A DNA stretch of 64,000 bases from Rhizodiscina lignyota. Its lineage: Eukaryota. The notes beneath the pieces were generated by a model. It was given only the letters and a program-made list of their open reading frames with translations. It was not told the DNA's origin and did no database searches. The stretch lies in assembly GCA_010015805.1 (NCBI GenBank), contig ML978137.1, positions 434,001 to 498,000 on the forward strand, read 5' to 3'. Below are positions 25,804-36,322 of the stretch, piece by piece (the first letter of the stretch is position 1; the number at the start of each line of letters is the position of its first letter). The position numbers and the translations under genes were made by a program.

Positions 25804-28365
25804 TCACATTACTATGCATCTCGCGCCCTTCTTCTTCCTCTTCTCGTCAGCACCCGTCATACCCGTAGACCCCCTTCTACCCTCGTTGTGTACCGCCGGA
25901 CCTCCACTTACGGCGCTTGCAATTGTTGCAAGCCTGCTGAACCGAGGTCTTCCTCTTGATTCAGGAGGGAGTGCTGGCAACGGCCGATTTAGGTCGTACG
26001 ACGGCACACGGTGCGCTCCATGTGCGGTTCTTGGAGGGCCCTCGCCCGTCGATCGGCGCTCCAGCGACGCAATCTGATGCGCGGCGGGGAGAGCGGATGC
26101 GGTGCTGGACGTAGTTGATGGCCGTGTAATAGACTGTTCGGGAACTACAGTGGACTGAACTGGACTGGTCATCGCGGCGGTGCTTGAGGTGACAGCAGGT
26201 ACAAGAGCTGGGGTAGATGCAGACGCTCCTATGGAGCGTCCAATAGATCTTCGTACAGATCTTCGTTCAAATCTCCGTTCAGGCGCTGCTCCTGGAACAG
26301 GCCGCCTTGTTGGAACAGGCACCCTTGCAGGTTCAGCTCCAGGGAGAGGTTGACTAACAGTGGGGTCTACTTCGCGTGTGTATGGTGGAGGTGGAGGCAC
26401 CCAGTTGTCCGCATCGCTCTCATGTGGTATCCAGCGCAGACCGTCCGCACGTCGGTACTCAAGAGGCTGATCTGGAAGAGCTCGTAGATGCCTCCTATTT
26501 GCACCTGACTGCGCCGATATTGTCGCGGCCCGTTGAAGGGAGAATTGGGAGCGTGGTTGTCCCTGCGAGTACGGTTCCTCGAGGACAAGCGCGCCGAAGT
26601 TTGTCTCTGTTTCGTCTGAAGTGATACTTGATAGAGAATGGCGGCGAGTTAGTGATGTTTCTGAAATGTCAGTTGGAGAAAGGAGGGCATTTGGACGGCC
26701 ATGTGTGCCAAGAGACGTAGAGGCACGAGGGATACGTCGAGGATCAGTCGAGTTATTGCTACTTCTACGGCGTTGGGCTTGAGTACGAGAGCGGAGAATG
26801 GTGACCTCACGCTCGAAATCCATCGGATCGTCGCCAAGGGTCTCTTCTGGGAGCTCATCAAAGTTGATGGTCACCTTTCGAGGCCCGGAGCTTGGTCTTG
26901 ATGTGGAGCCGAGATCCATCAAGAGGATGCGTCCACTAGCGGCCGGTTCGATAGCACTCAGGTCTTCATCGACGGGATGAGTAGCACTGGTAGTGAGCGC
27001 AATAAGACGCTTAGATGGTAAGTCCGGACGCTCAGGGCCGAGCCATCGCAGGGTCGTTATGCTTTCGGGCGCGGCATCCTCACCCTTCAGCAGCAGGACA
27101 ACATAAGCCGGCGGCAATGCGCCTGGCTCTTGCCCATCAATTTGAGGTGTCTCACCAGAATCTTCGTTAAACCACGAGAACGGGACTCTGTATATCAAGA
27201 CGTCGCTGCGGCCGGTGAGCTTGGAGGCGATGGCAATCTGCTTGTGATCTGATGAGACAGCCGGAAGTGCCGACTCATAATTCATTTTTCGTGTCGACGG
27301 AGTTAAGTTGAGCACGTCGACTTTTTTCTCCGAGAATCGCTTCATCGTCAGGTCGAAGACACCCCAGGAATCGTTCTCCGCGTTGAACGCAAAGAGTTCG
27401 TTGACTTGGCCTGTCAGCGGATCTGGTAACAGTGCAGCCTGCCTTGCATGTGTCGCTCTTTCTGGAAATAATAGTTGGCTGATCCACGCTTGCTGTGGTG
27501 GAAGTGCCTCCATAATGCCCTCATCTGAAATTGGCCCGTCCAGTCCATTTCCGACGGAGATGATTGTGGTAGGGCGCGTCTTGCGTGTAGTTGACGTTGC
27601 AATCAATGTTCTTCCATCGCCAGAGAACGCCACGTCCGCCATGGGTTCACAGTTTATCTGCCGTCTCTGATTGTCCATTGCGTCCGGCGCAACAGACACG
27701 ATTTCCACGCCTCCCCTGAAGCCTGCTGCAAGGATGGTCGCATCTGGTGATAGAGCGATTGTTGAAATCTCATGTCCGAATATAATTGATCTTTGTTTCA
27801 GGTTACACCAAACACCTTCTTCATTGCTCTCACTAGTGCTGCTATAGACATCGACATTGTGCGGATTTGAGAGAATCGCGATCGTTTGAGGATAGTCCGA
27901 AATGGCCATAGTGATAGGTTTCCGTCGTACTTTAAAGAAGCGACCGGTGACTTGAGGTAGAGATTCCGAGCGTATTATGTACAGTGCTGTCGAAGTATAT
28001 GCTGCGATCCATTGGCCTCTCTGGGATATAGTCAGGCCGAACGATTCGGGGAAAGCAGACGCTGTTGCGGAGGTCGAGATCAGCTCGATGATGGTCGTCT
28101 CGGGCTGCCCGAAGCCTTGTGAAGGGCGTGCAGCTTCGGGGCTCGACATGACGGCCGAGTTGATGCTGGTTCCGGGCGTCGTGTAGGAAGTGTGCGTCGT
28201 CGTAGCCGTCAGATTCGACGAGAAGTGCGCCGAATCGAGTGACGACGTCGCGGTCTGGAGACTCGCTCGCTCGAGGGTTCGATTGTCCGACTTTGCCTCC
28301 TCATCGCGGGTCATCGAAGTGTCGAGCGCGAGTCCGGTGGGTTTCTGACGCGTCTCAGAGCTCAT
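25804..28365 (-). CDS. Uncharacterised WD40-like beta-propeller protein with PPPPPY motif and polybasic-CAAX tail
   Basis: 853-aa single ORF. Propeller-like strands (IALSPDATILAAG, VAFSGDGRTL), HESDADNWVPPPPPY, and the C-terminus KRKKKGARCIVM. Confidence 0.8.
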   Translation of the reverse strand: MSSETRQKPTGLALDTSMTRDEEAKSDNRTLERASLQTATSSLDSAHFSSNLTATTTHTSYTTPGTSINSAVMSSPEAARPSQGFGQPETTIIELISTSATASAFPESFGLTISQRGQWIAAYTSTALYIIRSESLPQVTGRFFKVRRKPITMAISDYPQTIAILSNPHNVDVYSSTSESNEEGVWCNLKQRSIIFGHEISTIALSPDATILAAGFRGGVEIVSVAPDAMDNQRRQINCEPMADVAFSGDGRTLIATSTTRKTRPTTIISVGNGLDGPISDEGIMEALPPQQAWISQLLFPERATHARQAALLPDPLTGQVNELFAFNAENDSWGVFDLTMKRFSEKKVDVLNLTPSTRKMNYESALPAVSSDHKQIAIASKLTGRSDVLIYRVPFSWFNEDSGETPQIDGQEPGALPPAYVVLLLKGEDAAPESITTLRWLGPERPDLPSKRLIALTTSATHPVDEDLSAIEPAASGRILLMDLGSTSRPSSGPRKVTINFDELPEETLGDDPMDFEREVTILRSRTQAQRRRSSNNSTDPRRIPRASTSLGTHGRPNALLSPTDISETSLTRRHSLSSITSDETETNFGALVLEEPYSQGQPRSQFSLQRAATISAQSGANRRHLRALPDQPLEYRRADGLRWIPHESDADNWVPPPPPYTREVDPTVSQPLPGAEPARVPVPTRRPVPGAAPERRFERRSVRRSIGRSIGASASTPALVPAVTSSTAAMTSPVQSTVVPEQSITRPSTTSSTASALPAAHQIASLERRSTGEGPPRTAHGAHRVPSYDLNRPLPALPPESRGRPRFSRLATIASAVSGGPAVHNEGRRGSTGMTGADEKRKKKGARCIVM

Positions 28366-29721
28366 CGCGCTGGAGGGACGGCTGAAGGGAGGTCGAGGAG
28401 AGGCTGGTAGCGGCGAGTGCTGGAGAGCTCATCGGTTCTTCAAATGACAGCTTCATGATACCTGCTGAGTAGGTTCCATGGCGAGTTTCAGGAAGTGTAT
28501 CGATATGGAAGCTGAAAAACTCCGCCGCCTCCACAAAAGCGGCCCGCAAGCTTAAATGGTGGTGGTGGTTGCGCGGCTGGCTAGAAGGGGTTCAAAAGAA
28601 AGCAGGACTCCTTAGACGTCGGTGGCACAGGGGTGGGGCAGGCGAGTGCAGGTGGTTATATTTGGTTCATCAGATCAGGTACCCGAAACTTTTACCACCT
28701 ATCTACGCGCTTTCTCCGCTCTGTTTCCTCCCTCTCAAAAAGCCACGTTGTCCATCGAAAGTGAAGCGGAGCTGGAGCATTGCTCTCTTGCACATACAAC
28801 CACTCGCAGGCCAGCAGCGACCCACTTGCTTCGCCCACCTCGTATTCGCAGGCATGCATTTCACCTTCTAGAACGAACAGCTCACTCCGCCATCCGAAGT
28901 TGACCGAAGGAAAACAGTACTCCACGATGGCCGGCCACCACCTTCAGCCTGTATATAGAACTTGGAGATCCCAGGTGGTCACGGAATCTCGCGACGCATC
29001 GAGTATGAAGTTCTGCAACTCCTGGCGGTACCTGTAACGTATCAAGGGCCCGTTGCCGCTTCGAGGACATCGACCGCCGGCAGAATGGCCTGCTTATTCT
29101 GCTACACATCAGCGCAGAAACCAGGAGAGACCATCGACCTTGGTGTGCATTTTGATATTCGAGCGCGTATTTAGGTTGCTCGATGCAGTCCACAGCCTAT
29201 GATCACTGCGGCATCTGCGCATCTATGCAGGTGGATGTGTACGATTCCACGAATCTGAATGCACGAGGCGGGAATTGCACGGCTGCGGTTCCTTCGGGAC
29301 GACGCTCGCTAAAGGACGCCACAAAGCACTTCAGAGGATCCTGCATATCGAAAACCCAATGACAGGAGTGTGCGAGGCACTCTTGCATATATCCAAGATG
29401 CATCTGAGGAGCGCTCTCCGCGTGAGACTGGAGATAAACATAATTGTGTCCCGCTCTTCATGCTAAAGAGAAGAATAAGTAGAGGAAGACCCGCCTTCAC
29501 GTTATCGGTGTATATTCGTCCCTTTCAACTGTCACTAATCGGTCATCATCTTCCTCGCCCAAAAGCACCGCAGAACGCGGACATGTCTGGAGGGCTAGGC
29601 GACGATATAAATAATTGTGTAGGTGCGTCAGGGAACACCCTAAACTTCATCGATTTCTCGAACTTCGACCACATGTTACCCATCCACTCGAATTTCCTTT
29701 ACAGTATCGAGCTCAGCATCC

Positions 29722-30090
29722 GTGCCAGCTACTACAACATCTGCACCCGAGCCTCCTGTCGGCTACCATGCCACCTCGTTTTCCGCAGGAGCAGCAGCAG
29801 GCCTAGGTGTTGGCGTCACGCTTGTTGTACTTTTGATTATAGCTTTTGCTGCATTCCTCATTTGTTGTTGGCGTAAGAGATGCTCACAATCTGGAGCAAA
29901 CGTCAAGAAGGACGATATTGGTGATGACAAGGTTGTCGTTAATAGTCCTACTGGTGTTGATTCCGGAGCGAAAACTCGAACTAGCCGCAGCAAACGAGCC
30001 CTGGGGAATGATGCTCTCAAACGTCGTAAGACGCCTTCATATCCGGATCGAGCTGAATTGGAAGACAGGGAGACTGCCTTCCTGTCGTAA
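29722..30090 (+). pseudogene. C-terminal part of a single-pass membrane protein (Ser/Thr stalk, TM, cytoplasmic tail); 5' part unresolved or decayed
   Basis: SAGAAAGLGVGVTLVVLLIIAFAAFLICCWRKR TM and RAELE tail resemble the gene at 31270. No ATG, and an in-frame TAA lies upstream at about 29641. Confidence 0.4.
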
Positions 30091-31269
30091 AGGCTGAGAA
30101 GCGAAGAGCTAGGGAGGCGGCGACTAGATTGATCTTTCACGGCTTACATCTCATTCCACGCACGAATTTGATCTGTTCGGTGGATCCTCGAATAGAGAGA
30201 TCTCGAACAAAGTTCTTCAAGAGTTAGAAGGCACTTATCCAATTGGGGTTTCCAAAAGAATGAGAATACCGAGAAGCAGTCTGATCAAGGCCAAGGAGTT
30301 ACATGCCGAAATGCAGAACCCACAAAGGGACTTTTCTGGGGTTGCCGTGGTGGAGCCATGAGATCGAGATCAATGAGAGGAACCTTAGGGTAGCCTGCAT
30401 ACGGATTCTTGCCATTCAGTGTCCAGAAGCCTATGAGAAACGATTTTATAATGCTCGTCCATTCGTAATGAGGAATTGACATAGAAAAAGTGTAACCTCT
30501 GATGTGTGGCAAAGGCTCCTCTCTTCACATGTTGTATACACATGGCCAAGATCACACAGCCCCCAAAGTCACTTCAGAGTTTCCAGGCGGAGATCTAAAT
30601 GTTATTGGGAAGCTCACAGCCCTTTCCGCTGCCAAGGGATCATTTTGATCTGACTCGTGTGGAATTCTCCACTCCGATGACCACTCAGATTCCGCGACCA
30701 ACAAGCTCTGCGTTCAGCTTCACAACCCCGGGCCTTTCGACGGTTGGCTCTCGCCTCGAAAATACCACCCTACGCTTTGCTTCGCATTTACTTCAATCAG
30801 GCAGGTAACACTGCTGAAAATCTCCATTGACTGTGAACCGTTAAAGATTAACTTTTACTGTTACAAACGATCGCCAATTGCTTCTTATTCCCGTAGGGTG
30901 TGAATCATACCCCTTGCCGAGAAGTGTATTATCTCAGTTGTTCCGACGGCAACACCGCCTTTACATAGGTACATGTGCAGAGAGCGCGAAAGGCAGGCTT
31001 CTATTGCGTCCGCCACGTTCAGACCCCAACAGCGCCTCTTTATTTGTTTGGACGTTCTAAGAACGTGTTTGAGCCGCTCTGGGCTCCACCGAATCGGCGG
31101 CTGAGCCATAAGCCTCTCCAAGAGAGTAAAAGGAAGTAGGAATGCTTTAAATGACCTCATGCGCGCCTCTCGTATTTTCTCAATGTGGTGACTACCGCGA
31201 TTTCTGTTCTCCTAGTTTATCGGTAATTCTAGTCGCTATCTAGTCGCTTTCTAGCCTCTTTGCATCACC

Positions 31270-32241
31270 ATGAGTTCGAAATGCTACTTCCCCGACAAGA
31301 CCCCAGCACTAGAACATACGCCATGTCCGATAGTCGATGGAGAAGATGCAGCGCCATGTTGTGGACCAGGGCGCGCGTGTCTTTCAAATCGTCTTTGTGG
31401 ATCACCTCAAGGAAATGCGGATCAAGCGATGCTTAGCAGAGGCTCATGTACAGATGCAAGCTGGAATTCGTGGAACTGTCCAAGATACTGCATGGGTGGT
31501 ATGAGCTTCACTGTAACGATTGTTATAGATTCATGGCTGACAACAATTACTGCAGATAATAACAGCGGGTCTGGGGTAGTCCAATGCACCAACGATACAC
31601 TTCCATTATACTGCTGCGTCGACACTGCTACGTATGGTTCAATCTCCGGATGCTGTAACGACACTGCGAATCTGTTTATCGTGAGAGAGGAAGCAAACGA
31701 CCCTAAACCAGCGTCAAACGCCTACTCAACACTATCGGCAGCGAAGTCAGGCTCAACAATAACCGCAACACCGATGTCTCCAAATACTGCGTCTCATGGC
31801 CTTTCATCCGGTGCGCAGATAGGATTGGGAGTCGGTTTAGGAGTCGGTCTCTCGCTTCTCATCTGTATCCTTGGGTTGGTCCTTCAAAGGAGATATTTTA
31901 TGGCTCGCCACAAGGATCCCTCGGTAACTGTCTGGGACGGAATGAGGTATGGTCAAGCGGCCAAGCAGTCCAAAAAGCAGATTGCAGAGCTACCGTCCGA
32001 TTGCATGCGGGTAGAGCTGAAGTCAGAGAGAGATGATGTGGAACTACCGAGCACCAGTGATGAGAGCTTTCCGTCGCCTTTCGGCAATCCCGCAAGACAG
32101 GAGACACGTGGATATCCAGCGCAGAACACGGCACAAATAGAAGGCCCCACTGTTCCTGGAACCGCGATACATATGGAGAGTGTCGGAAGAGGAAGAGGAG
32201 CAACTCAAGGCAGCTATGAGCTTCCAAGTGGATGGATATAG
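31270..32241 (+). CDS. Cys-rich single-pass membrane protein (Mid2/WSC-like architecture)
   Basis: CYFPD..PC..CC.G..CLSNRLC..RGSCTD.SW...CPRYC, Ser/Thr stalk, TM LSSGAQIGLGVGLGVG, and repeated ELP motifs in the tail. 57-nt intron at 31499-31555. Confidence 0.8.
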   Translation: MSSKCYFPDKTPALEHTPCPIVDGEDAAPCCGPGRACLSNRLCGSPQGNADQAMLSRGSCTDASWNSWNCPRYCMGGMSFTVTIVIDSWLTTITADNNSGSGVVQCTNDTLPLYCCVDTATYGSISGCCNDTANLFIVREEANDPKPASNAYSTLSAAKSGSTITATPMSPNTASHGLSSGAQIGLGVGLGVGLSLLICILGLVLQRRYFMARHKDPSVTVWDGMRYGQAAKQSKKQIAELPSDCMRVELKSERDDVELPSTSDESFPSPFGNPARQETRGYPAQNTAQIEGPTVPGTAIHMESVGRGRGATQGSYELPSGWI

Positions 32242-32417
32242 CACGGATTCGCAATTATGAATGCTGGTCACTACAGTGTTCTTCGTCCGACGAGGAATCG
32301 TTCGCTCAATTACGCTCGATTTATCCTTATTGGGCTCTTTTGATATGGGAAGCTTCTATCAACACCCAACAAGGATTTTCAACGGAGTCCGCCACGAAAA
32401 GCAGTTCCTCTGTCGAC

Positions 32418-33134
32418 TTATGGTTCGTCAAGCCGGTATCCGCTCCTCAGAGACATCTCGGACTTTCCCATAGCCATATCCTTCGCCCAGTCCACGGCCA
32501 TCCCGCCCCATAACTGCTCCTTCGGTATGATACAGCGGTACCTCTGAAGATCGTCGCGATCTAGCGTGCCTAGCTGAAAATCAATCGGCTTCAAGGTCCA
32601 TCCTGGAGGCAGCACGCCGTGCGCCGTATAGCTCAGACTCGTCCCGCAGCGATTGCAAAACGTGCGCACGCAGTGTCCCGGGCTCGATGCCCAGAAACTC
32701 AGAAACGGCAGCGGCGACTTGCCATAGTGCAATGTCGTGGGCGCGAGCGCGACATCCTCCGCCTTGAACCACTTGCGCTTCGCCTCCGCCTTTTCCCGCG
32801 CTTCAGGCGACTCAAACGCCTCTCCAGGGCCTGATGATGGGCCAGACGCACGGTGCGGATCGTCGTCTGGGTCTGCGCACGAGTACTCGCACCACTCGAT
32901 AGGCTGGATGATCCAGTAGTTGACCATGGAGCCAGTGTGCGTGCGGCAGTCGTTACAGTGGTCCAGACACGTGAACGGGAAGCGGTACTTGGGTTCTTTG
33001 CCAGACTTTGGGTCGTAGGACATGTCGTAGAAGCAGTTCGGACGGTCTTTCAGCGCTGGCACGGAGATGCGGTAGCGGATGGCGTGGCAGCCACAGCCAC
33101 CATGGAGGACGAAAGGGGTCTCAACCCCGGCCAT
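32418..33134 (-). CDS. GFA/CENP-V (Mss4-like) zinc-binding protein
   Basis: LHGGCGCHAIRY, HCNDCR..TGS, RTFCNRCGTSL and LGTLD. First ATG at 33134. Confidence 0.85.
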   Translation of the reverse strand: MAGVETPFVLHGGCGCHAIRYRISVPALKDRPNCFYDMSYDPKSGKEPKYRFPFTCLDHCNDCRTHTGSMVNYWIIQPIEWCEYSCADPDDDPHRASGPSSGPGEAFESPEAREKAEAKRKWFKAEDVALAPTTLHYGKSPLPFLSFWASSPGHCVRTFCNRCGTSLSYTAHGVLPPGWTLKPIDFQLGTLDRDDLQRYRCIIPKEQLWGGMAVDWAKDMAMGKSEMSLRSGYRLDEP

Positions 33135-34023
33135 GCTTTGTATAGAAGCAGAATTGAACTTTGAGATTTGGTTTTCGAACTTCAATTGAGTGATTGATAG
33201 GCTCTGGAAGTTTTATACAGTCTTAAGACTGAGCATTGATGAGGAATCAAATAACTACAATATCTAGAAAGAGCACACCGTTTCCTTAAAGGAACTTATG
33301 CTGAGTGAAACCTACAGTAGATTAGACTTCGAGCAGCTGACCGCTTGTGATCCTATATACGCGGGAGATCCTGTAGGAGGTCACACAGTAGAGGCTACAT
33401 GTAAGCTGACCATCGCAAGTTGATAATGAAGTGGTGATTTGGAGCCCTAATGCAGCAATTCGGCGCGAAGTTCACGCTGGTACCTGGAGAGGGATCTATC
33501 AGATGCTACTTTGAAAGTAGCCGCTGACGGCCAGGGGCCCATTCCAATTCCTCCGAATTTGCCTCCACAAATCATCTAGAGGAACTAAGATGTATCCGGG
33601 GCTCAACTGTCACCGATAACTGTTACGTCGAGGACACTGATGACACATTGCTGAGTCAAGATCTGCAGAAGGAAGAGGGAGGAATTACTTCAAAATAGGC
33701 CGAGTCGGCGACCAAGCAACAGAAAAGAGGCAAACGGATCTCCTGCCAAAAGTAGAGCTCAGTCTTATCTCGGACAGTTATGAATATGGAGAGATCAATT
33801 GCGCCGTCGTCTACCTTCCTAGAATGTACATATACATTTGAGAATAGAAGCCGCTCTAATCATGCTGGTACAATTACAATCAAATTTTCTTCGACCACAG
33901 GAAGTCATACACTTCGGCTCCTCTGCCAATCAACATATTCGCCGTGTGATATATGCATGCGTTCCCAAGTGAACTCCCAGAGCGGAATGGTTCAATATCA
34001 ACAATCCAGCGGGCGTCAACACC

Positions 34024-35972
34024 TCATCTCTTTTCTTGGCCCTCCGACGATTGTCCCTGTGCTGGAGGTGGCCCATCCTTCCCACCAAAGAACCCCCACA
34101 TGCTGCCCTTCATATCCTTCGAGAACTGCTCTTGCATCTTCTTCTCCTCGTCTTCCATCTCCTTCAACCATTTCTCACCCTCTTGCCGGATCTGCATCTC
34201 CAGCTGCTCATACTGCTTCCGTCCCCTCTCCCTAATCTGATCGCTCAGCATCATTCCCTTCGCAAACCCTTCAGCGGCTGTTGTCCCATCATCACCAACA
34301 ATCATACTTCCTGGCGCCGGCGTTGGCTTCAATCCCAAACTCTTGCCCAACACCGCTCCGAGCGAGTGTCTCGGCCGCTTCGAGCGCTCCTCAGCTAGTT
34401 GCTTCTGGAACTCTTCTCTTGCGTGTGCTTCACGCAGAGCGTATTCTGTAGGTATGTGCTTGCCTTCGAAGGAAGCGAGGGCTTTGCGTACGTCCGGAAC
34501 GCCCATTGCGGCTATGTGCTCGAGGAATGGAACGTATGAGACGAGGTCACGGTCTTTAGGGTCACCCTTCCAGGGCGGGAGGACGATAGCGTTTTCAGGC
34601 TGGGCGGAGACGTGCTTTGCATTGGTGTCGAGGATAATTACTTTGGAGAGGTCACGGTTGAGATAAGAGAGGTCCTAGCGGTATTATGTTAGTTTTATAA
34701 ATTGAACGCTTGATGGACATTGTGGCATACCTTGATGTATTCGCCTTTATGATAGCGGGTGGCTTCTCGGAAGAGCGGCCACATGATGATATGGTAGGGG
34801 TCGAGCTTGCGGTAGACGGGCTCAGCTTGGCCCATCGGCAAACTGGTGAACAAGACAATCTCGTAGTACTGGCTGAGATATCGGAGGAAGTAGTCCAGAC
34901 CTGGTCGCTTTGCCGTCCGATAACCATGCTGTCGAGACCATTCTGAGTGAATCATCAAATCTTCCAAGCTCAGGACGAGAGTGTACGGTGCCGGTGGGTC
35001 CATTACTGGGAGGAGCTTGGGGAAAGTGGGCTCAGTGTAATAGCCCATGGAGTCGTTTATTCGAGCCTTGATTCTCTCCCAGAACAGAGCAAATCCCCAA
35101 CCAGAGGGAGCATTAGGATGGTTCTTTGCTTCTTCATCCGTCTCCCAATTTTGGCCAAGGAACACTGAACCAGTGATTCCGAGTAAAGCGAAGCCAACAT
35201 ACACCCAGTTCATCACCTTATTCCGCCGCCTGTCTGTTGATGTCTCGTACGCGGATTTCGGGAGGTCCCCGCCACCTCTTCCACCGGCTGCAGCCTCAGC
35301 CTCTTCTCGTTCTCGCTGCTGCTCTCTTGCCTCCGCAATCTCCTCATCAATCTTGGCTGTGTCGCGTTCTGCCTCCGTAGGCTGCTTGCGGCCCTGCTTC
35401 TGGAGAAACTCTTCAGCAAAAGTGGAGGGGATGCCGTGGCGGAGGTCAGGCAATGGTTTCTGAGGCGCTGGAGGCTCGTCTGACGACGCTTCCGTTGGTT
35501 GTGATGAGGGAGCAGTATTTTCCTTCGCCGATTTTGGTCCCGAGAACTCTTGTTGCACCCTGTCACTCTCTGAAGGTATCCATGTCTTCGGCTCAGCTGC
35601 CTTTGCGACATCTGGACCAGGCTGTGATTTGGGAGTGGTGTTCTGCCCAGGGTCTGCCTGTGCATTGTATTCCGCAGACTCTTTCACATCGACTTCCTTG
35701 ATATCCGCTTCTTCCAACTCGTCACGCTCTGGCCGTTCGGCCTGATCGTTGGCATTGTAGCGGATGAAATTTGTCGGTCGTTGAGATGAAGGTTTGGCGG
35801 GAGGTTGATAAGTTGAATTTATGTTTGAGCCGGATGACGGCTTCTTAGGAGGAGTTGTCGGCTTGTTAAAGTGTGCATAGCTGCGCGCCAATATTAATGG
35901 TATAGCTCGGGGTGTGGGCGTGGTGGATGCGCTTCGGAGAGCTGCAGCTCTCAGCGCTGCCCGGGGAAGCAT
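34024..35972 (-). CDS. TIM50: Mitochondrial inner membrane translocase subunit Tim50
   Basis: Arg/Ala-rich presequence, TM, and FCP1-like domain (YTLVLSLEDLMIHSEW...KRPGLDYFL..LSQYYEIVLFT...LFREATRY...KDLSYLNRDLSKVI). One intron at about 34675-34730. Confidence 0.95.
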
Positions 35973-36322
35973 TGTGGATAGAAGAGGCTATGAGAATGGT
36001 GAGAATATTATGGCAATAGAATACATGAAGAACAGGAGTGTGCGTTTCAATTCTCGTACAGATTGGCGCGTCTCGTCTTTAGCTGGCGATGATGTCGAGC
36101 TTTCAATCTTTTCCACTTGCACCCCAGGCCATGCCCTTGTCCACATGGATGTCACGCCAACGGAAAGTTCCGCGCTTCGTTCGTAAAACAGAGAGGTGTC
36201 GATTACGGTTCCTCATGGCATAGTAATCCTTTCCCTTAATACCATGCCCTTCATGACCCACCGACACGCTTCATGATATCTCTCATGTCGTCCCGATCGC
36301 CGATTTTGGAGTTCTTGCGGGT

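Noticed and set aside
31228..31256. Short tandem TCTAGTCGCT repeat before ATG 31270
   Set aside because: About 2.5 copies; consistent with simple slippage, with no spacer structure.
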